Assembly: GCA_051294905.1 (NCBI GenBank)
Contig: CM119372.1
Location: 11,782,001 to 11,846,000, forward strand
Direction: 5' to 3'
Source of the DNA: Botryllus schlosseri
Taxonomy: Eukaryota
Length of the DNA stretch: 64,000 bases
Shown: positions 1 through 13,300 of the stretch, in pieces
Position numbering within the stretch: the stretch's first letter is position 1
How the letters are laid out: every line of letters begins with the position of its first letter
Notes under the pieces: model-generated
Seen by the model: the letters and a program-made list of their open reading frames with translations, nothing else
Told to the model about the DNA's origin: nothing
Databases searched by the model: none
Program-made: the position numbers and the translations under genes

Positions 1-122
1 TATTCAGGAATGAGTCGGAGTGTTATCAATTTCTCAATCTCTTAAACTCGCTACACCCGGCCTTGCAATACACAATTGAAAAAGAACGCAATAACTCACT
101 ATCATTTTTGGACGCCTTAGTC

Positions 123-1100
123 CAGTGGTTCTCAACCCTTTTTCCTCCAGCGCCCCCTTTCAGAAATTACCGTGCTCTAGCGCCCCCACACTCACCCCCA
201 CCCCATATTGTAAGGAGTGTAATAAAGACAATTTGTAAGAGGGAGGACCGTAACAGCACTTCGTCAGTCCCCCTAAAAACGATTGTCTTGGGCACCCATA
301 GCGTGATAAACCAAACTTCTTGGGGCTTAGTCAGCAAAGTTTGTGTGGCCTGGTCACCCTAGACGCCGAATTTTTATATAATGCATGAACGAATAGGTGA
401 TAATTGCATATATATGTCGCTACAAAGTTTTTATCCTCTCTGCCCACGTAATCAGATTTACCAGTAGCGCTGAGTGAGCTGTTGTCTTGGAAAATGAACG
501 CCAGGTAAAATTAATAATTGAACATATTCGGACGTGCCCGTTGGTACAAATTACTTCATTACATGTTGTTATTTTGTTACCTCTTGTCCGCTATATAGTC
601 AAAGAATATTGAAACGCATAATCGTATTAAACTTAAGTGAGTACACGGTTCAAAATTGGTATTTATTTACAGGCAAATAATTTTTGTCTGATTGATGTTA
701 TTTGTCCTGTGGGGTGCAGATTGCGACAATATGACAATTCGGCACGAGCGATTTAAGCACCTAAGGACAATTTGACTTATGTACAGCGAAGTTTACGGTC
801 AACAGAAGGACAATCTTCTTCGGCTAAGGTTTTCTCGCTGACGATCTTTATGGCTCACTTTTCGGGGTCCCATATTCGCCATAACTTCATATGTCTTCGT
901 GCATCGTGGCGTGGTAATGGCCGACGCCGAATTACCTATTTCTATTTTCTATGATTATGCCTATTTTTTCGTGGGGGATTCGTCAAAACTTGATGTGTAA
1001 TTTATGTTCAGTCACCGATATAATTTAGGGCACCCTTCGAGCCCATTCTCCCTCAATTGGGGGTATGGGTTGCAGCAGTTTCGGTCCTGGTAAGAGGTCA
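123..1100. mobile_element. hAT-type MITE-derived insertion interrupting PLE copy 1 (right end uncertain)
   Basis: Begins CAGTGGTTCTCAACC at 123 followed by GCGCCCCC subterminal motifs, and replaces RT sequence that is present in copy 2. Confidence 0.55.
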
Positions 1101-1294
1101 AAGTCCAGTCGGTCTTTCCGGGACTTTAGTATTGTAAATATTTCACACGATCACAATGCAAGTTTCAAGGCATAGAGGGGAAATTGACGCAATTCAACGC
1201 AGAAAAGTCATCAGAGCCGAACGAACGAACAACCAAAGATGTTTATATCCATCTACCTTAGATTGGTCTCATTTCCACCCGCTTCGAAAAACGA

Positions 1295-1786
1295 TTGATT
1301 TCTGCGGTCAGTAAGTGTTACGACACAGTCAAAACCAATGTGATTTTTAGGACTACACAAATGCTCCCTTCAACACGCAAAGACGTGCTCCCCGAACTTC
1401 AACAAAGTAATGCAGTGTACGAATATAAGTGCCACTGTGGTTGTAGCTACGTGGGAAGAACTTCAACGCATCTGCAGGAACGCATAAACCAGCATGTCCC
1501 CAGATTTATCAGAACACGTGCATCAGGCTCGGTGAAAAGCTCACCGTTAACTCATCCGCTTAAGCTTGATGCTGACCGATCAAAGGCCATTAGTTCTGCC
1601 ATAGGCAAACATCTGTTAGATAATCCGATTTGTGCGAATAATTATCGAGATTGCAGATTTCGTGTCGTTGGGAGGGGCCGTTCACACTTCCATTTGTGTG
1701 CCTTGGAGTCGACTTTTATCAAAATACACCAACCGAAATTCTGTCAACAAAAGGAGTTCGTGTACCACCTAAAAATAGTACATTGA
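1295..1786 (+). pseudogene. GIY-YIG endonuclease domain of the Penelope-like element
   Basis: AVYEYKCHCGCSYVGRTSTHLQERINQH...SAIGKHLL...FRVVGRG...ALESTFIK is a PLE-type GIY-YIG with CxC. There is an in-frame stop upstream near 1258. Confidence 0.88.
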
Positions 1787-1887
1787 ACGCTTTCTCATTC
1801 GAAATTTCATGCTGGTGACGTCATATTTTGTGATACGATTGTTGATATACAATGTTCTTTCCAATTCTCTGCTAGTTGCTGACGATT

Positions 1888-1921
1888 ACCCCTGACGAGT
1901 GTCAGCCGAAAATATTCGGGT
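1888..1921 (+). ncRNA. Minimal type-I hammerhead ribozyme in the PLE 3' region
   Basis: ACCC-CTGACGA-G-tgtcagc-C-GAAA-atat-TC-GGGT: stem I ACCC/GGGT, conserved CUGANGA and GAAA boxes, palindromic AATATT stem III, and a UC cleavage site after 1917. Confidence 0.8.
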
Positions 1922-2768
1922 TCATTTCAATATGAATATATTATTCAATTGTATATGGAATTTCTGTACCTCCAAGAAGCTATTCAGCTTGAACTTTGTA
2001 TCCCTTACAACGCATACGCAGGGTCGATGCCGCGACTAAAACAAAGGCAGAATAGATATTGCCAACTTATATCATCGTTAGAGCCACTGTTCTGTCGGTT
2101 TATAACTGTATTTAGCAGCCCAATCATCGCATCATTGCCAATTTCATTGTTTGAGAATAAAGGTGTTGCTAGAATTAAACCACTTTGATCCGTAATGTAC
2201 TATTGTGTCTGCAAAGTATTCAAATAGAAAAAGAACATTGATTTTGAGTTAATATTTTGGAATCATTTTACTGGTGCGGCCCGCGACGTCATTTGAGTTT
2301 GACACCCCTGATGTATAGAGACCGTGTATGCCACTTGTTTGATAGGGGTGAGATCAGACTAGTTGAGCTTAAAGGTCGTATCGATAATTGTTATACGATA
2401 CCGGTGTATACTGTATATCCGTTGTTTTCCAGTATCGTCATTGGTGCTGCATGTTTGTCCTGTATTTTGGTTGAATGAAAAAAGGACTCCCTCTCTCCCT
2501 GTCTACTTATCTGTGCAACATTTGCTGAGTAATCACAACATGTTTGATGAAGTCCACAACGCCACATGATTATTGAACGAACAAGGGCGAATATTGCAAC
2601 AGCACTATTCCCTACGCTGATCCAACGAGCATGAATGCACATTTATAATTTGTTTCTGCATGGGCCCGTTCGTCGAGGAAGTCTATTAATTATTATTTAT
2701 TATCTATACGATTCTTTCTTGCGACCCCAATAGTCTTGAGTCTCCTAATTTCTACTGATATTTATATC

Positions 2769-3329
2769 TAGGGTTGCATTTAAAACAAAAATCAATTTAT
2801 AACAAACATGTTCAAAACAAGGCCCTTGTTTAAAACATGTTTTTACTGTTTTTTAGGTATGACGACACGAATATTTAATTGCGACGTCACAGTGGATTGA
2901 GATTGGCAATTGAAAATGTAGGGTAAATATGGCTCCTTCGACGAAAAGGGCTTCCGATCACTGTCATAAACAGACCAAAAATATGCTTAATCAGGACTAA
3001 ATCGTTACGCAGAATTTTACGGTCGGTGGTCACAATCACCAGAACACCCATTGCGTACCAATGATCTGTATCTACGTGCAAAAACTGTTGAACCAAACAC
3101 GATTTCGAGGGTTCCAGCCACCCCACATCGTATACGTCGACTATTTTGGGTGCAAATCGTCCGTAGGCTCATACTACATGGTTTTTCGGACGTATTTACA
3201 CAATTATGGCATAGTTAGACAACGTTTGGGAAAGAAACACAATTTTGTTTTTGTTTTCAAAAATGCATTTGTTTAAAACACTGTTTTAAATAGTGTTTCA
3301 AAACACCGTTTGTTTTAAATGCCGCCCTA
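2769..3329. mobile_element. Non-autonomous hAT-type MITE
   Basis: TIRs TAGGGTTGCATTTAAAACAAA / TTTGTTTTAAATGCCGCCCTA; TSD TTTATATC / TTTATAAC; AAAACA subterminal repeats. Confidence 0.8.
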
Positions 3330-4817
3330 TTTATAACATAACAACATAAAATATCTTGAAAATAGCGCATATATGTAACCTGTAGTCTATAAATTAGCTT
3401 GAGAGTGACCGGACGAATAACATGAGATCACAAAAATGTCCAATCTTTTTTAAATTCCCATGACTACAATCACAGGCGTATATTTTGGCCAAATTTATTC
3501 CACTGCTTGCGTCACTATTTTCATATCGACAATACTGGTAATGGCGTGATTGTGACATCGAGAGGGAACTACGGTGTTGTGGTAATGTTTAAAAATATTT
3601 TAAACCTTCCGCTCTGTTTCATGGCTACGCCTTCGTTCTCAGTTTCATGGTCCCCGCATCTGTCGGTCCTTTATCAACACCTCGCGGTTGCATTGCTGAA
3701 TTCCATTCTCCCAGGCTGCTCTGTAGGGCGCGGCGACCTTTTCCACTGTCAAAGTGGCATTTTTTCGCGGACCGGTCTTCAACAAACACATATATTCAAC
3801 ATTGAATATTTATTGAATTCACTAGGGCTGCGCAATCAGGCAAATACACACATGTATGAAGATCAACCTGATTTTTATGTTTCTATCTGTGATCTTAATC
3901 ACTATTATTCTGAACCTCACCTAACTGGTAAAAGTATACAAATATTTCGCGGACCAGTCACGAACTTCTTGCGGACGGATACCGTTCTGCGGCCCGCAGG
4001 TTGCCAGCCACTGCAGTGTAAAACTTCAACACCTAACAGCACGTTGTTCGTGGTCGAAGGAATTGTTTTCGCTGTATATCCAGAATCCAGATTGCATAGC
4101 AAACGGACGCTTCAGTTTTCGGCAATTTAATCACAGTGCACTACAATGGTGTGGACATAACGATTCGAACGTTTGGGTTACGCCATTCTCTCCCTTCGAC
4201 CAAAGACAATTTCGGCCATATTTAAACCGTCTTGCCGCGCTCGAAATTTTGTAAATCGGGTGTCAATCGAAGACTGTCGCGGTACTCATAACGAAAATAT
4301 AAATGTTATTCATCCCATTGCCCCCGTAGATTAGTTAAGTGAAACAATGCGCTATGGAATACGCAAACTCACGGTGGAGCATGGATCTTGCAGTTGCAAC
4401 TTGTGACGGTCAAAATGTAGTGCAGGGCAAACACAAATCCGGCTGATGTAGCTGTTGTATATATTTCCATCCACATCTTACCTACCTTCAACTGTGGATG
4501 TAGCCTACGTAGCCTGCGTGTGAAGAGTGCTACTGTGATAAGAAATAAGTCGCCATCTGATTCAGCTACCATTTTGGGTTTATAGATTTGTAAATCTGAC
4601 TGTAAAGGAGTCAGAGACTCCCCATCGACGAACCTACCGCACGTCACTGACTGAAACCGGGAATACGGTTTCTGAGTGCGACGACGTCAACGGCGCTACA
4701 TCAGACATCCAAACACGCATATTGCCGTCTTCATTAAAGATGGAGAATTATTTTCTTTCCCAACGGGCCAAATATGAAGCAGAGAATTCGTCGGCAGGCC
4801 GATACAAAAGTTTAGAC

Positions 4818-5879
4818 CAGTGGTTCTCAGCCGGGGGTCCGCGAAAGCATTTTCAGGGGGTCCGCGAAACCTCCAAATTTTCTAAATGCTTGATAAATTA
4901 ATTTAAATTTGTTTATTTCTAAATTAGGACAATAAAGAGGCAGTTTCGCTTCATTACTATTAAAACTTCATGAATCACATCAACGGAATGGCCTTCCGGC
5001 ATAAAATATCTTACAGTGCAAACTCATTTTAAAAAGGCCAAATCGCCAATGGCCTAAATGATCGAAATATATTTCTGTTTAGCGATATTTTGTTGGCGTT
5101 TGTGGAAAAATAAAGTGTTGAGGTAGTAAGGTCAATCTTCAAAATGTTTGCAAAAATCCATTTTCATCTGTGATATAAGTATTTACTAGGGCATATATTA
5201 TGAGTATCTAGGAAGCTGTCGGAAGCGCTGTCAAAAAAGTTACAAAAGCTGCAAAAACTTGCCCTAGTAATTACTATTGCAAAATATATTCAAGATGTGG
5301 TACGGAATAGAAATGACTAGGCTGAATGTGATATGGTAATTGAAAAGTCTGTCTCCGAATTTTGGTGTCATTTATGTTGCGATTATACTCACAAGGTGTC
5401 GTCGGAAGCGTTACCCGTTAATATTCCATCCGCCATCAATAACAACTATCTGTTCATTACATCACATTGCGTCTTATCGCATTGTACTTGTACATTGTGT
5501 GTGTCTTTTTTAGATGAAAATATAATCCGATGATTATTGATATTGATATTATTGATCTGGGGAAACTGATTTTCGGTACTCGTTCATACCAAACCGAAGG
5601 CGTGGATTTTCAAAACACGTGCACGTATTTCAGATGAAGCTGCAGAATGCGCTTTGAAATAATAACAGTCTATCCAATTTCTACATAAATAGTATGATTT
5701 TATTTTCAAGAAAAGTCATTTTGTTACTGTTTATCACTAGCCTCTGGTTAATATTTGCACCAGAGAGATGATAGTTGCACGATACTTGAGCTAAATTTGA
5801 ACTAAAACTTAGCGGGGGTCCACGGGGGTCCGTGACGGTTCAAAGGGGTCCGCGAAGACAAAAAGTTTGAGAACGACTG
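4818..5879. mobile_element. Non-autonomous hAT (Buster/Charlie-like) MITE
   Basis: CAGTGGTTCTCA ... TGAGAACGACTG termini, GGGGTCCGCG subterminal repeats, perfect 8-bp TSD GTTTAGAC. Confidence 0.9.
5187..5266. mobile_element. 80-bp minimal MITE nested in 4818-5879
   Basis: TAGGGCA...TTGCCCTA; TSD GTATTTAC / GTAATTAC; the 3' half matches the right end of the element at 53986-54383. Confidence 0.7.
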
Positions 5880-7381
5880 GTTTAGACTATGTTCTGCGGC
5901 GTGCAGTTTTATTTTTAAATTGAAAGCAGCGAATCACATTGTTAACACATGCTAAGTAGATGCGTCCATTTTAGGTAGCGTCCCTAGCTCTGTGTGGCTA
6001 GGTAAAATAGCCTTGCTGTTTTGCTAGCTTTGCTAGCAGAAGCGCAGAAGCCAAGTATGTGAATTCACTGCATGATTTTTCTCACAATACCGACTCTTAA
6101 TGCCTAGGTCTGCATTAAATGGTCGCCCAATGACAATGGTGAGAACAAATATCGAGTTTGGAAACTCAAGCATGGTGGCTTGACTTGCCATGAGGGCAAT
6201 CCTGTACATATATTTACCCGAACCTAAAATATGTTATATAGGCCATACTCCTGTGCTGTTTTCCGACTCGAAATGAAACGATGTCATCGAAAATTGAACT
6301 ACAGAGTCAGAGTCAGAGTCCCCTAGTTTTGAACTTACGACTATGACGATTTTAGTCATGAATCTATCATTATAGCCAGTTAGTTATTAAAAATAGTGCT
6401 CTACCATTGCCATATGGAATTCAAGTATTCAATGCTTATAGGCTACCAAAAATCCTGCATAAATCGTGATTTTACTCCAATCGTGTTATGATTATGCTAT
6501 GTTATCAATACAATGTAAACTAGATACAGCGTTACTTTACACGTTCCGCGGACAATGACTTCCGCCATATTGCTTCGGTTTAATTTTGCGAATAAAGAGA
6601 AAAAACAAACAAACAAACGCTGAAGCGGGATACCAACGATGTTGCTAAACGATGCGGTTTATCATCGGCCGACTGGTGATTACTGATCAACTCAGTTTTA
6701 TGCCTGGCTTGCTACTCTCTCCCTGTCGTTTGGCTAAGCTGTTTATCTGTGTGCAAGTGTTTAGGTTACCGCTGCGCTCACATGCTACTCTGCAAACCAT
6801 GAAATCAAGCCTTCGTCGAACGCGGTCATCTCGCAGACAGTATAGTAGCGGTATAGATTTATACACCCAGTGGCATACGCTAGTATACTGCATCAGTCTA
6901 ACAAATTACAAAGAGTGACGTGAGACAGCTACAATGGTTGACAGGCAAGTTATCAGCGAGAATTTGACTTACAGTAAACAACAATGTGATATCACATTCA
7001 AGGCGGATATCATAAAGTTGGATTATCGATAAAGTCGATTACCGTGATCATCAGGATTTAACAATCCAGGATTAGGGAAACCGATTGATCGCGGCGCATA
7101 AAGTTAGTATTGTGTCATGATTTAACAAACCGTAACTATAGATAGTAGTTATCTATAAAAACTGCGTAGAGTGTCAGACGTAACGTTATCCAACTTATTG
7201 CGTCGCGATTAGCAGTTATTAATCACACGATTACCATTCTTCCGGATCGACTAACTTTATGATCTCCACCTAAAATAACCGTGTATTTTGTCTGTAGACA
7301 CTGACTTGTTATAATTCATCGGACGATTTTCGGAACCAAATAGATTGCCAAACATCTATTTCATCCAAATGACACGGAATC

Positions 7382-10300
7382 ATGAAAAGAAGGTTTTTTG
7401 TATGCTTAATAATAGCAAATGCGATATCATTTGCATGTTTTATAATACGGCGTCGTGGGACGATTTCGCAGTCGCAACATACCAGACCCCCAAAGGTTGC
7501 GTCAGAGGTAATCTTGCCAACGAAAGCAGATGCTACCACACAATCGATTAAATGGAGAGGTAAATCATATTCATATGCAATATATGCAGTAACCACAAGC
7601 AGATGAACGATAGGCTAACTTTCCCTAGTTCATTTCTTGGTTAACAAATAATTTGACACTTAAAAATAATTGTGTCATATTCGCGATACATTTCAAATCA
7701 AGTCAATATTACGGCGTGAAAGCTGTCAGTATGACTACATTCAAACATTCTGCGTACTTCAATACAGTGTTGGGATCAAGTCACTACCTTCGAGTCACGA
7801 GTCATCTCGAGTCATTGCAGATTTTGACTCGAGTCAAGTCAAGTCAATCGATTTTCAAAGGTGACTCGAGTCAAGTCAAGTCACTCTTTTTTTGGAGGTG
7901 ACTCGAGTCAAGTCGAGTCAAGTCAAGTCAAGTCACGAGTCAAGTCACAATTCAAGTCAAATTGAGTTTTTGACGTACGAGTGATGATTCAAAGTCATTA
8001 CATTTTGCTAGCTGTGTGAAAGACAGATTAATTGATCATTTATCTTGAATCAAATAACGAATATCTAGCTAAATATACATGCAAAAAGACGCTGTATCCC
8101 TCACGCACACGTAGAACTGCTAATAAAATACGGGAGTACTACAGCTACATGATACAGTCAGTTATTATCATTCAAAATATAGGACCTAATGCGAGCTTCG
8201 AGAAGTTGAAACAAATTGATATGGTACAATAGCCTACACTACAGTGTTGGGATCAAGTCACTACCTTCGAGTCACGAGTCATTTCGAGTCATTGGACATT
8301 TTGACTCGAGTCAAGTCAAGTCAATCGATTTTCAAAAGTGACTCGAGTCAAGTCAAGTCACTCGATTTTTGGAGGTGACTCGAGTCAAGTCGAGTCAAGT
8401 CAAGTCACGAGTCAAGTCACAATTCAAGTCAAGTTGCCTTTTCGACGTATGAGGCATGATTACGTCATTGCATTTTGCTAGCTGTCTGAAGTACAGATTG
8501 AGTGGTCATTGATTCTAAGCCAATGAACGAATATAGAGTTAAATATACACGAAAGAAGACGCCGTATCGCTGATATTTACGTAGAACTGAAAAACTGCGT
8601 AAGTAATTTCATAGCCTCAGTTTATAGCTACCAGCCAAAATAGAGAATAGTGAAACGAATTGATAAGATGCAATGCATTACACTTTTACAAATTGATATT
8701 ATACAATTCGAGTCTGCGCCAATGGTTGATGACTATATAAACTATATTCGAATTCAATTTCAATAAAACAAGAGGTTTGGTTACGGTAAGAACAGAAATA
8801 GACATTTCGCTATTAAATTACTTTACGATACTAGTTTACGACATCGTAAGCTTTAAGCTTCGATCACTTCGTCTGCGGTCAATTTATTTGTGACAGAACA
8901 ATGGAGGCTCAGTGAAACGCACGATCATTGAATGAATAATCGCTGTCACGGGTTACTCCAGCGTTTCGTGATCAATTCACCCATATGAAAGATACAGTGA
9001 GTTTTATCAACACCGATTACCAGATGACTTGAAATTGACTCGTGAATTTTGCTCCGAGTCACGAGTCAATCCACATTTCTGATACGTCGAGTCAAGTCAA
9101 GTCAAGTCATTTAAGCAAAGTGACTCGAGTCAAGTCAAGTCATACGAAAAAGGTGACTCGAGTCTGACTCGAGTCAAGTCATGACTCGAGTCATCCCAAC
9201 ACTGCACTACCCGTCTACACATCCGTGAGAATATAAATGCACAAACGACAAACTATATTTGTTCGATTTAAATCATATAAGAGGGTTGGTAAATATGAGC
9301 ACTGCGCAAGGTAAGCATTGAGCCGTCTAAGAAACAGAGGCACATTTCTATTTAGATTAATCTTCTACTACTACTTCGACAACGTAAGCTGTGATCGTTT
9401 AGTTTTCGGTCAATTTATTTGTGATGTAACAATGGAGGATCAGTGTAACATAGAATCAGTGAATGACTGGTTACTCTCACAAGTGACACTGGCGCATCTT
9501 GAACAATCCGAACATACACAAGATACAGTGATTTATTCGACAGTGTTTACTTGATGACTTGAAATTGACTCGTAAATTTTACTCCGAGTCACGAGTCAAT
9601 GCCCATTTTTGAAGCTCCGAGTCAAGTCAAGTCAAGTCATTTACCCAAAGTGACTCGAGTCAAGTCAAGTCATACGAAAAAGTTGACTCGAGTCTGACTC
9701 GAGTCAAGTCATGACTCGAGTCATCCCAACACTGCTTCAATATGGTAATATATGAACGATTCGGGCATATAACATAATCCATGTTTCACGTACAGGTGTT
9801 TTGATTCAGAGCAACTTCAGATCGGGCTCCAGTTTCTTCGGAGAATTATTCAATCAACGTGATGATGTTTATTATTCCTATGAGCCTTTAGTAAACGCAA
9901 AGAAAGGAAACACAACGGAAATCATTAATACTTTGAAAGGGACGTTTTCGTGTAATATTAATGATGCATCAAACTTCGAATATTCACCGGATCCTTATCT
10001 ATCACGCCAATGCAAACGTAACAACGTGTGTTTCAGGTGATCCTTCTATATTTATTGAGACACATCTATATTATCAATGTGGCAGTCGGGAGTAGAAATA
10101 CGTAGCCACTGACGAGAGGTGCCTTCCTATTGTTCGACTTTATTAAGGTCATATGATTTCATCATGTCCCGATGGATCCGTCAAGAAACTGCATGTGAAA
10201 CAATTTTCCCAGCACCTCTAAAATTTATATGCTCTCTCGTATATGCTCGTGACCCACCAAGATTTCCGAATTATAGCCTATGGCGTCTTTTGTCATGGCA

Positions 10301-13300
10301 GACCTGGGCCCAGTTTAGGCCGTAATATATCGCACCGATCACAACTAGTAAGGTAAAATTGTATGTTTCGTGGGCATTGACTCTAAAATATTCTTTCAAA
10401 AACAAGGAGATATTCGCGATTTGCCGACCATGATGCCATCATAATAATACAGTACAGCACGTGATGTGACTTGGTCATTGGATCAGTGGGTATTGGGTAA
10501 TTTGACCGAGGAACACGAAAGTGATTTTTTGTTTGTTTGAGGTATTCATGGTGTTTTTAGACTATACATGGGCCATTTGCATTCGTTATTATTATTCCAT
10601 ATCGTCATGTATCACGGCCCACTTTCCCCGTCCCACCTCCAACACATGGGAAGGGATTCTCGAGTCGACCTCGGTCAGACTGGAACCCGCAAGGACTCTT
10701 CTTTACCGCTCAGCGATAAACGCTTGTGGCGATGCAAAGGTTGCACACTGGCCTATTTCACAGCCTTACAATTGTTGTTTCGATGCATCAACCTATGCTC
10801 GAATCCAATCTATATGATTTCTTTACTCTAATTTCAGAAACCGAATGAAGGCGTTGTGCAGCAAGGGGCTTTGTACGCAACCTGAATCCTGCACCGAATG
10901 CAGTCCCTTAAACTCATTTGTGATGTCGAAAATATGCGAAGCCAAAAAGTTGACCGCGAGTAAAGTGATACGACTTCCCAGCCTACAATTGGTGGAGCCG
11001 TTGATGAACGATGCACGATTTGATCTGAAAGTAATCCACCTCGTTCGTGATCCCAGAGGAATAATGTCGTCCAGAATGAACCTGGCGCAATCGGTAGACA
11101 TGAAATCTACTTGCAGGAAGATCCTTAGAAATGTTCAAATGGGATTAGAACATACTCCATATTGGCTTCGTGGTCGCTATCTACTAATTCGGTAAGCATC
11201 GGGTTGTTATTACATAGTTTCTGGACACTGGTTCCAACCTCATTCAATAGAGAAATGTATCGGTACATTTTTGGCTTATAGGTGCGGATCTAACGTGTCC
11301 TCACGTAGATTCACTTTACACATGTATTCACTCTAATATATGCTATGCCCAGGCAATATTATATTTAGCATTTCGGGAACCAAATGCCAAAACTGCGAAA
11401 AATAAAATTCGGAAAATGCCAAAAATAAGGCCGTTTAACAACATAGATTTTCATGAAAGTTTTTGATAAAAATGTCAACAAGAATTGCCAGGAGTTTGTA
11501 TGAAGCGACAAAACAAGTGCGTAAACCAGAATTCTTAAATTAGGTTCCGTGAATCCTTTGGGGGTCTGCAGACTACTATCCAAGGGGTCCATGAAAGGAA
11601 AATGAAAAGGCAAAAAAGTCCAGTGATTAAATCTGGATTTACGGCCAATCTGTGGATTCATTAATCTAGCGATCAGGAAATAGATGATATCCAGCGGTTA
11701 GGAAGTAGACGGTATATTAAGCGATTAGGAAGTAGATGATCTCCGCACCCGAAAGTAGAAATCAGTAATTTCGGAATCTGTGATAGAGGGCCCTAATTTT
11801 TGAATTTAGCTCAATGTGCCTATAGCAAATTTCATCCCCCTTTAACTTGCTATTGAAAACTGTCTGCATGTTCATTGTGAAATACTAATAGATTGTGTCA
11901 CGTTTTCCAATAGGGACATAGTGTCATCAAAAGAAATGGTGCAAAAGGCCCCAAGATCATATACGTACCATACCTTTAGTCCTTTCCTAATTTTTCATTG
12001 CCGGGTGGATAATTTTTCATATTATATTGATTTACCAAAGTCACTCATGCTTTCTGACCATTGGTTGGGTAGGGAAGGTTGCGATCCAAACGTGTCAGAA
12101 ACCCTTTTGAATTGTTAGCGTAAGTATTGTGACCTGTGTGAATGCAGGTAAATTTGCAGGCATACTGAATGGCAATTGAGAATAGATAATGCAGAAGCAC
12201 TCGGTTTTGTATCGGGTACATTTGGTCTCGAACATCGCTTTCAATTTGCATTTAAATATTGCTGTTTCATGACACAGTGCGGATACTGCATGTTTTGCGA
12301 CATCCGTTTCATAACAAAGACCAAACTGAAGCGTTTTACATGGTTAATTCGAGTCTATAAATATGAACTCATGGCGATGGCGAAATTACAAAAAATAAGC
12401 TATTGTGTTATTTTTGTCATATGCCAAAAATAACACGGCCTGGCTATGCCAGATAAGACTCTCTGCCCGCGGCGCCCATACAGGATATATTTGTAGGCTA
12501 ATTAAAGTAAAAACAGATATCTCCGTTCGATAAATCACTGCGCATTGTATTGGGGCAGACACGGACAGCGGAGAACCAGTACGGCCCGTCTCGAATGTTG
12601 TGTAGCAAGCAACACGTGTGCAATATCCAATAAAAAGGAATTAAAGCTCCTGTGACATTTTTGCCTTGAGCTGTTTCAAATGTACATTTCTTGATGGGAT
12701 ATGTCTTCACCTCTGGCTCTAAATGATGTTTGTGCTATATCTTTTTCCAGGTACGAAGACCTGGCACTTGATCCATACAACAGCATGCGAAAAGCCTATG
12801 ACTTCGTCGGGTTAGAAACGACGGGAGAAATGCGAGAATGGCTTAGAATCAACACAATGGTAAGATGGTTGCAGGCGACACTGGAATTGGTGGTTTCCTT
12901 CCGTCTGTCATGAGTCGTTTATTGTTATTTTCTCGTGCTGCAATATTCAGAACTGATAAACTTTCCTATATACTCGGAATATTCTATAGGACGCGCGGTC
13001 GAACAGGATGTGATTGGGAAAAGATACGGAACTCTCTGTAATATCAGGCGGGGCCAGTATCTATTATGCTACACTTCGATAAGCCTATCCGAATGTTTCT
13101 TTCGATAGTCAAGGCTTGTTGTATTAGAATTGCACACCACACATCATTTTCGCACTTGCACGTATAGATAAGGGTTAGACATTGTAGGCTACAACCTTTA
13201 CAGCAGGAGGGACATCTTTAAATTATCTAATGAACATGGTATCCTCATCTTTATGTTGGACGAAACGCAAATATACTTTCACAAATCAATTTCCGCGTCA

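Larger units (their letters stand above)
1..1986 (+). mobile_element. Decayed Penelope-like retroelement, copy 1 (RT C-terminal fragment, interrupted, then GIY-YIG endonuclease and 3' region)
   Basis: 1-120 encodes LNSLHPALQYTIEKERNNSLSFLDALV, typical of the PLE RT end. About 1.05 kb of foreign sequence follows, and PLE sequence resumes near 1170. It is collinear with the reverse-strand copy at 22470-23628. Confidence 0.9.

Noticed and set aside
3507..4130. 207-aa ORF
   Set aside because: Non-ATG start, no recognisable domain, and overlap with MITE remnants (GCGGCCCGC...CCACTG end near 4013).
7780..9730. GAGTCAAGTC arrays as a CRISPR array or satellite
   Set aside because: There are no unique spacers, the context is eukaryotic, and the arrays sit inside TIR- and TSD-bounded elements.
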